Assembly (NCBI GenBank): GCA_964604955.1 | Contig: CAZSBE010000002.1 | Location: forward strand, 194-64,193 | Source of the DNA: an uncultured bacterium | Lineage (GTDB): Bacteria; Arandabacterota; Arandabacteria; Arandabacterales; JALGWA01 | Reading direction: 5' to 3' | Length of the DNA stretch: 64,000 nucleotides | Shown: in pieces, positions 17,525 to 26,158 of the stretch | How the letters are laid out: each line of letters opens with the position of its first letter | Numbering within the stretch: the first letter of the stretch is position 1 | Position numbers and translations under genes: made by a program | The notes under the pieces: model-generated | What the model was told of the DNA's origin: nothing | Databases searched by the model: none | Seen by the model: only the letters and a program-made list of their open reading frames with translations

Positions 17525-19219
17525 TCACCTCCGCACCAGCACGACAGGCATCTTCGAGTGAATCGTCCGCCCGCCGCCGGTGGGCGAGGCCTCCAGAAGG
17601 ACTATATAGACTCCGATCGGCGCCGGGCGCCCGTCCTTCACGCTGCCGTCCCAGAAGGTGATCCTTCTCTCCTCAACCAGGTCCCCGTCCAGAAGCGTCT
17701 TGAACGGCCGGCCGTTGATGTCGAACACCTTGAGCCTCACGACCGCCGGTGCCGGCATTTCAACCGAGACCGAGAGCAGGTCATCGGCGCCATCGCCGTC
17801 CGGCGAAAAAGTCCCCGGCCGGATCTTGAGATAGCCCCCGGGCTCGGAGAAAGTCACCGACACGCTGTTCGGCCGGCCCGGGCTTGCCGGCGACGACCCG
17901 TAGTGCGGCGACCAGTTGGAGGCACGCTCCGATTTAGCCTGGGAGTCGATCCTCTCGACGGAGCGCCCGGGCTTGCCCCAGGCCGCGCTGTATGCAACCG
18001 AATCCACGCGTGTCCCGAAGGCGTCCCGCAGGACGACCATGTCGGCGTAGCCGCGCGGGCCTTCTGTATCGTTGAGGGTCGGCCAGCCCCCGGCCGGCTT
18101 AAGTGCGGCGCAGCCCGCGCCCGGGTAGGCGGCCAGGAAGTCGTCCTCGTCCTCGACGAGCAGGAGATAACCTCCCGGCGCGAGCAGGGGGCCCGCTTCA
18201 GCCAGCTGCCTCCGCTTACCGCCCGAGTCCTCGAGCGTCCAGCCCTCGAGGCTTACGAACGATGCGCTTCTATTCAGGACCTCCACCCACTCGCATCCGC
18301 CTGAGGCCGGCTTGAAGATGAACTCGTTGACCACCACCGGCGCGGGCCAGATGAGGATGCTAGTCGCGAGCGTGTCGTTGTGATGCCACCTGTCGAGAGG
18401 GTGCGTCTGCCAGAGGCGGGCGCCGTGAAGTCCCTCTCCGACATTGGGGATGTCGACGGCGATCCTGCGGTATGCGCCCGGCTCGATGTCCGCATCGAGC
18501 CGCGACGAGTCCCGGCAGCCGCAACACGCCAGATGCACCCAGGCGCCGGCGCCGCACGAGCTCCCGCCGACATTCGCGATGTTCGAGATCACCTGAAGCG
18601 CGGCGTGGCCGGGTTGCGCATAGCGGGACAGGCAGGCCCTGGTTACGGCGAGGTCGAATGGCGGGTGATTGAAGTCGCCCGGGGAAGGCGCGGGGAACGG
18701 GGAGAAGTCAGCCGAGTTGTCGCCCGTGTCGATGCCGTCGGGGCTGCGGCCCAGGCTCGAGCCCGCCGCCGGCCCCGTTGCCGGAGAGCCTTCGTAGTAC
18801 TCTGCGAAGTCATGGGCGCCCCAGCCCACTACGTCCGCGGCGGACCCGGGCGAGTCGAGCCGGCAGGCGTCGGGTCCATTTTGAAGGTCAAGCGAGGTTA
18901 TGAAATCGGGCGCGGGCCGGACGGCCTCCTCCCCTATGACGAAGAAACCGCCTGCTCTTATGGTGTCAGCGCGCGTGCCCTGCCACTCGCTCTTCCACCT
19001 CCCGGCATGCGCGCCGTTCCCGGTCGCCACTTCATGATAGTGCAGACATATGTCGGCACCGGTTCCGTTGTAGAGCTCTATGAACTCCCGACCGGCGTCC
19101 GCCCCGTCGGGATCGTACAGTACTTCATTGATGACGACACCGGTGGAACCCGCGGAGCATACGCGGGGGAGCGTCAGAAGCAGCAGCGTTGCGATTGTCT
19201 TTTCCCATCCCATCATCAT
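17525..19219 (-). CDS. Secreted lamin-tail-domain (LTD) protein with two LTD repeats and C-terminal FlgD-Ig-like domain
   Basis: Start MMMGWEKTIATLLLLTL signal. LTD signatures are VVINEVLYDP...EFIELYN and VVVNEFIFKP...EWVEVLN. The C-terminal FSPDGDGADD motif fits a FlgD-Ig-like domain. The ORF-track N-terminal extension is translated repeat element. Confidence 0.7.
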   Translation of the reverse strand: MMMGWEKTIATLLLLTLPRVCSAGSTGVVINEVLYDPDGADAGREFIELYNGTGADICLHYHEVATGNGAHAGRWKSEWQGTRADTIRAGGFFVIGEEAVRPAPDFITSLDLQNGPDACRLDSPGSAADVVGWGAHDFAEYYEGSPATGPAAGSSLGRSPDGIDTGDNSADFSPFPAPSPGDFNHPPFDLAVTRACLSRYAQPGHAALQVISNIANVGGSSCGAGAWVHLACCGCRDSSRLDADIEPGAYRRIAVDIPNVGEGLHGARLWQTHPLDRWHHNDTLATSILIWPAPVVVNEFIFKPASGGCEWVEVLNRSASFVSLEGWTLEDSGGKRRQLAEAGPLLAPGGYLLLVEDEDDFLAAYPGAGCAALKPAGGWPTLNDTEGPRGYADMVVLRDAFGTRVDSVAYSAAWGKPGRSVERIDSQAKSERASNWSPHYGSSPASPGRPNSVSVTFSEPGGYLKIRPGTFSPDGDGADDLLSVSVEMPAPAVVRLKVFDINGRPFKTLLDGDLVEERRITFWDGSVKDGRPAPIGVYIVLLEASPTGGGRTIHSKMPVVLVRR

Positions 19220-19270
19220 CACCGCATCAATCGTCGCCCGCCGCCCCGCCCGAGTCAAGCTCCCCATGAG

Positions 19271-19318
19271 GGGGTCAGGTCTTAAAATGCACAAGGGGTC
19301 AGGTCTTGAAATGCACAA
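19271..19318 (+). repeat. REP-like element, two tandem 24-bp units (GGGGTCAGGTCTT[A/G]AAATGCACAA), upstream flank of the transposase gene
   Basis: Direct reading. The units are exact except for one A/G difference. Confidence 0.9.
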
Positions 19319-19372
19319 CACCCGGTGGCCCCACCATTCCCTCCGAATCTGGCACGGAGGTTGCAATTGTAA

Positions 19373-20236
19373 ATGCCCGCTATGGTAAGACCGATACGCA
19401 TTGAAGCCCCGGGAGGTGTCTACCACATCACTTCACGGGGAAACGCCAAACAGACGATCTTCCGGGACGCAGTGGATTACCGGTGTTTCTTCTCCATCCT
19501 GGGGGATGTCGCCGGCGACTGCGGGTGGCAGTGTTACGCCTATTGCCTCATGCCGAATCACTACCACCTGGTGCTGATGACACCCAGCGGAGCGCTCTCG
19601 AGGGGGATGCGGCAGATCAACGGGGTATACGCGCAGAGGTTCCATTGCCGCCATGCTTCCGTCGGCCACGTCTTCCAGGGAAGGTTCAAGTCCATTCTCG
19701 TCGACAGGGAGGCGTACCTGCTTGAAGTGTGCCGCTACGTCGTGCTCAACCCGGTGAGAGCGGGTCTTGTTCGAGAATGCGGCGACTGGCGCTGGTCCAG
19801 CTATCTTGCCACGTTGGGACGCGACCCGAAGCCCTCGTTCCTGGCCAGCGAATGGCTGCTCGGACAGTTCGCCAGGTCTCCGGCGAGGGCGCGGACCGCA
19901 TTCGTCAGATTCGTGGAGGACGGCCTCAAGGCCACCAGCCCGTTGGAGAACATCCGGGGAGGTGTCTTTCTGGGAAACGAGGCCTTTGTGTCCGGTTTCT
20001 CGGCGCAACTTGCCCGCAAGAGGGCCGAGCGCGACTTTCCCCGTGTGCAGCGCCACGCGGACCGGCCGCCGCTCTCGGAGATACTGCGCGCGACGGGGGG
20101 AAGCCCCCGGACAGGCCGGCAGATCGCGGAGGCGCGGGAGCGCTGGGGCTACACCATCACGGAGATTGCGCGGTATCTTCATCTGCACCGGAACACGGTC
20201 GCGGCTCTCGCAAGAAGAGCGGGCGAGCAGGACTGA
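19373..20236 (+). CDS. Y1 HUH tyrosine transposase, IS200/IS605-like and REP-associated (RAYT-type), with C-terminal HTH region
   Basis: 287 aa. HuH motif HYHLVL. Downstream catalytic Tyr region RWSSYLAT. It is the only plus-strand gene in the window. It is flanked by inverted copies of the short repeat. Confidence 0.75.
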   Translation: MPAMVRPIRIEAPGGVYHITSRGNAKQTIFRDAVDYRCFFSILGDVAGDCGWQCYAYCLMPNHYHLVLMTPSGALSRGMRQINGVYAQRFHCRHASVGHVFQGRFKSILVDREAYLLEVCRYVVLNPVRAGLVRECGDWRWSSYLATLGRDPKPSFLASEWLLGQFARSPARARTAFVRFVEDGLKATSPLENIRGGVFLGNEAFVSGFSAQLARKRAERDFPRVQRHADRPPLSEILRATGGSPRTGRQIAEARERWGYTITEIARYLHLHRNTVAALARRAGEQD

Positions 20237-20254
20237 CCCGGAGCAGCCCGGGCT

Positions 20255-20290
20255 TGTGCATTTTAAGACCTGACCCCGGGGTCTGACCCC
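20255..20290 (-). repeat. Inverted REP-like unit (TTGTGCATTTTAAGACCTGACCCC) plus palindromic tail GGGGTC-T-GACCCC, downstream flank of the transposase
   Basis: It is the exact reverse complement of the first unit at 19271. It also supplies the last codons and stop of gpmA. Confidence 0.9.
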
Positions 20291-21033
20291 GTGGGCCCGG
20301 CCTGGTCCGCGACAGACCGTTTGGCGCGCTCGACATCTTCCGGGTCACCGAGATAGCGGGACCTCAACGGCTTGAGTCCGTCGTCGAGTTCGTAGACGAG
20401 CGGTATGCCTGTCGGTATGTTCAGCCGTACGATCTCATCATCGGAGAGGCCGTCGAGGTACTTGACGAGCGCCCGCAGGCTGTTCCCATGGGCGGAGATG
20501 ATGGCGCGGCGGCCCGACTCGATCGCCGGGGCTATCGCCTCGTGCCAGTAGGGAAGAAAACGCGCGACGGTATCCGCCAGGCTCTCGGTCAGCGGTATGT
20601 CACTTTCATTCATGTCTCTGTAGCGCGGATCGTGCCCGGGATACCGCGGGTCCGATTTATCCAGGGGCGGCGGCTTCACGTCATAGCTGCGTCTCCACTC
20701 CATTACCTTTTCTGCGCCGAACTTCGCGGCCGTCTCGGCCTTGTTGAGGCCCTGGAGCGCGCCGTAATGCCGCTCGTTGAGTCTCCAGGACTTCTCCACC
20801 GGTATGTGCAGCAGCCCCATCTCCTCGAGCACGATGTCGAGGGTGTGTATGGCCCGTTTCAGAACTGAAGTGAAGGCGATGTCGAAAACGTAGCCTTCCT
20901 GTGAAAGGAGAGCCGCGGCTTTGTGGGCTTCCTCCACGCCCCTCGCCGAAAGGCCGACGTCGGTCCAGCCCGTGAACCTGTTCTCCTTATTCCAGGTGCT
21001 TTCACCATGTCTCAAGAGCACGAGTCTGTGCAT
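20263..21033 (-). CDS. gpmA: 2,3-bisphosphoglycerate-dependent phosphoglycerate mutase
   Basis: [10 protein letters not shown] phosphohistidine motif, length, and overall dPGM similarity. The C-terminal ...DPGVRS-stop is encoded inside the repeat element. Confidence 0.9.
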   Translation of the reverse strand: MHRLVLLRHGESTWNKENRFTGWTDVGLSARGVEEAHKAAALLSQEGYVFDIAFTSVLKRAIHTLDIVLEEMGLLHIPVEKSWRLNERHYGALQGLNKAETAAKFGAEKVMEWRRSYDVKPPPLDKSDPRYPGHDPRYRDMNESDIPLTESLADTVARFLPYWHEAIAPAIESGRRAIISAHGNSLRALVKYLDGLSDDEIVRLNIPTGIPLVYELDDGLKPLRSRYLGDPEDVERAKRSVADQAGPTGSDPGVRS

Positions 21034-21034
21034 A

Positions 21035-22084
21035 TTACGCTATCGTCACCTCGTTCGAGAGATATACATCCTGTATGGCATTGAGGATCGCAATGCCGTC
21101 CGCCATCGGTTTTTGAAACGCCTTCCTCCCGGAGATAAGACCCATCCCTCCCGCGCGCTTGTTGATGACTGCTGTCCTCACCGCCTGGGCCATGTCGTTC
21201 TCGCCGGACGCGCCGCCGGAGTTTATGAGTCCCACCCTGCCCATGTAACAGTTCGCCACCTGGTAGCGCGTGAGGTCGATTGGATGGTCGCTCGTCAGCT
21301 CCGTATAGACCTTCTCATGGGTCTTGCCGAAGCCGACCGCCGTGAAGCCGCCGTTGTTCTCGGGCTGCTTCTGCTTGACGATGTCGGCCTCTATGGTCGC
21401 GGCGAGATGGTTGGCCTGGCCTGTAAGGTCGGCGGCCAGGTGATAGTCCTTGTCCTTTTTGAACGCTGGGTTCCGGAGATATGCCCAGAGTATGGTCATC
21501 ATGCCGAGCTCATGGGCGTATTCAAAAGATTCCGATATCTCGACGATCTGCCGGTTACTCTCCGCCGACCCATAGTATATAGTAGCCCCGACAGCGACCG
21601 CTCCCATATCGAAAGCCTGGTCCACGCTCGCAAACAGGATCTGGTCGTGTTTGTTGGGATAGGTCAGGAGCTCATTGTGGTTGATCTTGAGTATGAACGG
21701 GATTCTGTGGGCATACTTGCGCGCCACCGAGCCGAGAACCCCGAGGGTCGAGGCCACGCCGTTACAGCCGCCTTCAATTGCTAACCTTACAATGTTCTCG
21801 GGATCGAAGTACATTGGATTCGGGGCGAAGGACGCGCCCGCCGTATGTTCGATGCCCTGGTCGACCGGCAGGATGGAGACGTATCCGGTGCCGGCGAGCC
21901 TTCCGGTGCCGGCGAGCGCATGCATGCTGCGCATCACCTGAATCGGTCGGTCCGACTCCCTGACGACGCGGTCGATGAAGTCGCCGCCAGGAAGATGGAG
22001 GTTCTCCCTGGGGATTGTCTCACATTTGTGGCCCAGCAGGTAGTCGGCCTCCGGGCCCAGAAGCTTGCGTATCTCAGTTGCCAT
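21035..22084 (-). CDS. fbaB: Class I fructose-bisphosphate aldolase (FbaB/DhnA type)
   Basis: It matches E. coli FbaB closely along its length ([38 protein letters not shown]). Confidence 0.9.
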   Translation of the reverse strand: MATEIRKLLGPEADYLLGHKCETIPRENLHLPGGDFIDRVVRESDRPIQVMRSMHALAGTGRLAGTGYVSILPVDQGIEHTAGASFAPNPMYFDPENIVRLAIEGGCNGVASTLGVLGSVARKYAHRIPFILKINHNELLTYPNKHDQILFASVDQAFDMGAVAVGATIYYGSAESNRQIVEISESFEYAHELGMMTILWAYLRNPAFKKDKDYHLAADLTGQANHLAATIEADIVKQKQPENNGGFTAVGFGKTHEKVYTELTSDHPIDLTRYQVANCYMGRVGLINSGGASGENDMAQAVRTAVINKRAGGMGLISGRKAFQKPMADGIAILNAIQDVYLSNEVTIA

Positions 22085-22104
22085 CTCAAAACCTCCTCAG
22101 GCGG

Positions 22105-22839
22105 CTAGCCCAGGTGGGGCTTGCCGACAACGCTCATGTAAACCACACTCTCTTCGGCCCCGTCCACGCCGATTATCTTATTCACCTCTTCGTCGAAGAG
22201 CGCGCCGATCTGGCACGAGCCCAGGCCGATCGCCGTCGCGGCCAGCGCCAGGTTCTCGCCGATGTGACCGGCATCGAGATATATGTATCTGTATGCGCGC
22301 TGCCCGTACTTCCACCTGGACCTCTGGAATATGCCCGTCCAGACTAGGATGGCCGCCGCCTCCATGCACATCTTCTGGCCCAGCGCGGCGATGGCGATCT
22401 CGCTCGAGAAGTCCCCCTCGCTGATGGCCTCCAGGCAGTGCTCCTTCACCGAGTAGTGGTAGACACCGGCCGGTATTCCCTCGACCCTGTTCACCACGAC
22501 ATATGTCTCAATCGGATAGAGCGCGCCCGCCGACGGCGCAGTCCGAAACTCGGAGCCCCGCTCGGTCCTCCGCACTCCGGTCGACGCCCAGAGCAGGTAT
22601 GAGAGGTCGTCGGGCGTGAGCGGGTCCTTCGCGTAGTGCCTTATGCTCTTGCGCTTGAGCAGAGCTTCATCCAGGGGCAGGGTCTCCCTCTTGCTCTTGC
22701 AGGCGAGTTCGATTCTCGGGGCATCCGGGTACTCTTTGTAGACTTCGGGCTTCGAGGCCCAGTCGAGCCCGCCGCCGGGCATCCTGTCGCGATGGTACTT
22801 GGTCTTCTCCTGAAACTCGTCCCCTACGCGTTCGGTCAT
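22105..22839 (-). CDS. SagB/ThcOx-type nitroreductase-fold dehydrogenase
   Basis: 244 aa. Nitroreductase-like fold with the SagB-type pattern RSIRHY...PSAGALYP. Confidence 0.65.
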   Translation of the reverse strand: MTERVGDEFQEKTKYHRDRMPGGGLDWASKPEVYKEYPDAPRIELACKSKRETLPLDEALLKRKSIRHYAKDPLTPDDLSYLLWASTGVRRTERGSEFRTAPSAGALYPIETYVVVNRVEGIPAGVYHYSVKEHCLEAISEGDFSSEIAIAALGQKMCMEAAAILVWTGIFQRSRWKYGQRAYRYIYLDAGHIGENLALAATAIGLGSCQIGALFDEEVNKIIGVDGAEESVVYMSVVGKPHLG

Positions 22840-22870
22840 TTCAAATCACCTCGTCTGGTTCCGGATGGCG

Positions 22871-22919
22871 TTGTGCATTTCAAGACCTGACCCCGTTGTG
22901 CATTTCAAGACCTGACCCC
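22871..22919 (-). repeat. REP-like element, two tandem units (TTGTGCATTTCAAGACCTGACCCC), overlapping the 3' end of sdhB
   Basis: Direct reading. A 1-nt spacer separates the units. Confidence 0.9.
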
Positions 22920-23687
22920 GTCGGGGGCTTTGCCGGCGTCGGATATCTCCCGGCGCGCGGCGCCTATCGCCATGTTCGGTGGAACCTGCTTGGGGCAGAC
23001 CTTCTTGCAGTTGGTATGGAATCGACAACTCCACCAGCCCCCCCGGTCGTTGGCGAGCATGAGCCGGGCATCGTCATCCGGCTCCCTGGTGTCGATGTGA
23101 AACCTGTAGAGCTTGGCGAGCGCGGCGGGGCCCATGTAGCCGGGATCCTCCGCGTTCACCGGGCATGCACCGAAGCACGCGGCGCACAGAATACAGTTGG
23201 TGTAGGGCTCGAGCGCGCGCACGGCCGCCGGGTCCATAAGGTACTCGCCCTCGCCCGGCCCGCGCGCGGGCTTGAGAACCGGCTCCACGGCGCGGTAGTA
23301 TTCGAAGAACCGGGTCATGTCCACGACAAGGTCCTTGATGACCGGAAGATGCGGAAGGGGTTCGATGAGGACCTCGCTCTCCGGGTCCCACTCGACCTTC
23401 GCTTCGAGCGCGGCATATGGCTTCAGGTCCACCTCTGCGGCGCCGGCAAGCAGCACCTCGACCTGCGTGCGGCAGGCGAGCCGCGGCACCCTGTTAATCA
23501 GCATGGCGCAGTTGCCGCAGACGGCCCCGCGGCAGGAATATCTCAGTGAGAGTGAGTCGTCGATCTCGTCCTGAACCTGAAAGAGGGCGCCCAGCACGGA
23601 CATGCCCGGCCGGGGCTCGATCTCGAAGGTATCGTAACGGCTCTTCCCCTCATCGGGGTCGAAACGGCGGATCTTGAGGATTATCAT
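22905..23687 (-). CDS. sdhB: Succinate dehydrogenase/fumarate reductase iron-sulfur subunit
   Basis: [2Fe-2S] CRGAVCGNCAM and [4Fe-4S] CILCAACFGACP motifs. The C-terminal ...GVRS-stop comes from the repeat. Confidence 0.9.
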   Translation of the reverse strand: MIILKIRRFDPDEGKSRYDTFEIEPRPGMSVLGALFQVQDEIDDSLSLRYSCRGAVCGNCAMLINRVPRLACRTQVEVLLAGAAEVDLKPYAALEAKVEWDPESEVLIEPLPHLPVIKDLVVDMTRFFEYYRAVEPVLKPARGPGEGEYLMDPAAVRALEPYTNCILCAACFGACPVNAEDPGYMGPAALAKLYRFHIDTREPDDDARLMLANDRGGWWSCRFHTNCKKVCPKQVPPNMAIGAARREISDAGKAPDGVRS

Positions 23688-25411
23688 CAGTAGACACGCT
23701 CCTTCACCGGGAACCTTCCGAGCCTGACGGGCGCGTACTCGAGTTCGGCCTGCCCGTCGCGGAGATAGGTCATGGTGTGCACGAGGAAGTTCACGTCGTC
23801 GCGCCCGGGGTAGTCATCACGTGCGTGCGCGCCGCGGCTCTCTTCTCTGGCAAGCGCGCCCATCGCCACGACCTCACCGATTTCCATCATGGCCTGGAGC
23901 TCCAGAGCGTATACAAGCGCCTGGTTGAAGACCCGGGACTTGCTGTCGATATAGACTTTTCTGCATCGCTCCTTGAGGTCCCGCACCTCCGCCAGGCCCT
24001 TCTCCATCTTCGCCCCGCTCCGGTACACGCCGAAGTTCTCGAACAGGGTATTCCTGATAGCCGCCCTGAGTCCGGCGACGTGTTCGCCCCCGCGTCGGCC
24101 CAGAAGCTCGTCAATCCGGGAGCGTTCACCCGCGACCTTCGCCTTCGCGGCCTCCCCGGAGGGCGCCCCGGCTTGCGCGCAGGCCGCTGCCATCGCCGCC
24201 CCGGAGAGCTTCCCGAAGACCACGGTCTCGAGAAGCGAGTTTCCCCCGAGGCGGTTGGAGCCGTGGACACTCACGCATGCGCATTCGCCGCCAGCGTATA
24301 GCCCTGGAATCGCAGTCGCTCCGTCGTTACCGCAGGCCACACCGCCCATGGAGTAGTGCTGGCCGGGCTGGACGGGAATGGGCGAGGCGACCGGGTCGAC
24401 TCCCGCGAAGTCCAGTGCGATCTGCCGTATGCCCGGCAGCCGCTCGGTGATCTTCTCGCGCCCCAGATGCGTGAGGTCGAGATGAACGTATTCGTCTTCG
24501 AATCCCCGGCCCTCGTTTACTTCGGTCTGTATCGCCCTCGCCACGATGTCGCGCGGCGCGAGTTCCATGGCCTCGGGGGCATAGTCCCTCATGAAGCGTT
24601 CGTGCCTGTTGTTGTAAAGGTAGCCGCCTTCGCCCCTCGCGCCCTCCGTGATGAGGATATTGGTGCCGAAGAGCGTGGTCGGATGGAATTGAATGAACTC
24701 CATGTCCTTCAGCGGCACGCCGGCGCGGAAGGCCAGCGCCGCGCCGTCGCCGGTGTTAATCAGGGCGTTGGTCGAGCGCGCGAAAAGGCGGCCGTAGCCT
24801 CCCGTGGCCAGGAGCACGGCCTTCGCCCGGAAACCGTGCAGCGTCCCGTCGGCGATGTTCATGGCCACGAGGCCGGTGCACCTCCCGTCTTCCAGCACAA
24901 GCGATGTAGCGAAGTACTCGTCATAGTACGTGATGTCCACCGCCGTCAGTTGCTCGTAAAGGGTGTGGAGAAGGTTCCGGCCGGTGCGGTCCGCGGCATA
25001 ACAGGTACGGGGGAACCCGGCTCCCCCGAACGGGCGCTGGGCGATCCGGCCGTCGTCGAAGCGCGAGAAGACGGTGCCCATGTGCTCCATCTCGATTACT
25101 GCGCCCGGGGCCTCCCTCGTCATTATCTCCACAGAGTCCTGGTCGGCGAGATAGTCCGAGCCCTTCACGGTATCGAAGGCGTGGAGTTCCCAGGAGTCGT
25201 CCTCGCCCCCGGGGGAGTTGGCCAGCGATGCGTTGATGCCTCCTTGGGCGGCGACCGAGTGGGACCGAAGCGGATGCACTTTGGACACGACCGCTACTGA
25301 GCAACCGCCTCTTGCTGCTTCTAGGGCCGCCCTCAGTCCGGTCAGCCCTCCGCCGACTGTGATCACATCGTAAGAGTGCAGCGTATGGTCATTCATGTCG
25401 TCCCACTCCAC
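23687..25411 (-). CDS. sdhA: Succinate dehydrogenase/fumarate reductase flavoprotein subunit
   Basis: FAD motif VITVGGGLTGLRAALEAA, the covalent-FAD histidine context SHSVAAQGG, and overall SdhA/FrdA similarity. The start could be 15 nt downstream. Confidence 0.9.
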   Translation of the reverse strand: MEWDDMNDHTLHSYDVITVGGGLTGLRAALEAARGGCSVAVVSKVHPLRSHSVAAQGGINASLANSPGGEDDSWELHAFDTVKGSDYLADQDSVEIMTREAPGAVIEMEHMGTVFSRFDDGRIAQRPFGGAGFPRTCYAADRTGRNLLHTLYEQLTAVDITYYDEYFATSLVLEDGRCTGLVAMNIADGTLHGFRAKAVLLATGGYGRLFARSTNALINTGDGAALAFRAGVPLKDMEFIQFHPTTLFGTNILITEGARGEGGYLYNNRHERFMRDYAPEAMELAPRDIVARAIQTEVNEGRGFEDEYVHLDLTHLGREKITERLPGIRQIALDFAGVDPVASPIPVQPGQHYSMGGVACGNDGATAIPGLYAGGECACVSVHGSNRLGGNSLLETVVFGKLSGAAMAAACAQAGAPSGEAAKAKVAGERSRIDELLGRRGGEHVAGLRAAIRNTLFENFGVYRSGAKMEKGLAEVRDLKERCRKVYIDSKSRVFNQALVYALELQAMMEIGEVVAMGALAREESRGAHARDDYPGRDDVNFLVHTMTYLRDGQAELEYAPVRLGRFPVKERVY

Positions 25412-25557
25412 ATGAGTATTCGGGTGTCACAGGATCCGCGCGGTTCTCCCCTTTGGATGACGGCAAGGGGCAGCAGGTTCCCACGCGTGGTCGATTCATA
25501 TCACCCGGTCGCCGCGAGGTCAAGAACGGGAGCCGGCGGACGGAAAGAGGGGCCAGG

Positions 25558-25626
25558 TGTGCAATTCAAGACCTGACCCCTGTGCAATTCAAGACCTGAC
25601 CCCTGTGCAATTCAAGACCTGACCCC
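25558..25626 (-). repeat. REP-like element, three tandem 23-bp variant units (TGTGCAATTCAAGACCTGACCCC)
   Basis: Direct reading. Three exact copies lie between the cytochrome c gene end and the sdhA start. Confidence 0.9.
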
Positions 25627-25633
25627 ATCCGGG

Positions 25634-26083
25634 CTACTTTGTTTTCTCCACCTTGGCCGGCTTCACAGAAGCGCAATATGCGACCAGGTCCGTAAGCCTC
25701 TGGTCGTCCCACGCCAGCGCCTGGCCCTTAAGAGGGTTCGTGATACAGTAATTCACGACCTGATCCAGCGTCATGACCCTCTTGGCCCCCGCCATAAACA
25801 TGGGGTACTTGGCCCCGAGATTGTCGAACGCCTTCAGGGTCATGTCGCCCATCTTGGCGTCCTTCATGCCACCGTTCATGTGACAGTCATTGCAGGTCTT
25901 CCCCGACGTACCCAGCTTCTTGTCGCTGAAGAGAGCGAAGCCCCGCTCGACTGACTTCGCCAGCTCAGTCACCGGATCCATCTTTGCCATCTCCTCTTTC
26001 TTCTCCTGGGCATAACTCACCACGACACTGCCGACCATGACGGCCAGCAATAGGAAGATCACCATCCTGTTCATTTTCGTCAC
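25634..26083 (-). CDS. Secreted mono-haem c-type cytochrome
   Basis: Signal peptide. Single CNDCH haem-binding motif. 149 aa. Confidence 0.75.
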   Translation of the reverse strand: MTKMNRMVIFLLLAVMVGSVVVSYAQEKKEEMAKMDPVTELAKSVERGFALFSDKKLGTSGKTCNDCHMNGGMKDAKMGDMTLKAFDNLGAKYPMFMAGAKRVMTLDQVVNYCITNPLKGQALAWDDQRLTDLVAYCASVKPAKVEKTK

Positions 26084-26158
26084 CTCCCTTCACCGAAAAA
26101 GTATCGAGTCGAGAGCCCCGGGCTATCTGAATCCTTGAGCCGGACCCCGAAGCCCCGG

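Noticed and set aside
19271-19318. Tandem direct repeats as a possible CRISPR array.
   Set aside because: Units are directly adjacent (period 23-25 bp) with no spacers, and occur at at most 3 copies per locus. No cas genes are in the window. This is REP-like, not CRISPR.
19220-19426. N-terminal extension of the LTD gene ORF containing ...[16 protein letters not shown]..., and similar small ORFs (20157..20348, 22846..23034, 22896..23549, 55770..56108, 25376..25576) translating LKMHK or ISRPDP peptides.
   Set aside because: These peptides are simply translations of the 24-bp tandem repeat. The true LTD protein starts at the signal-peptide Met at 19219.
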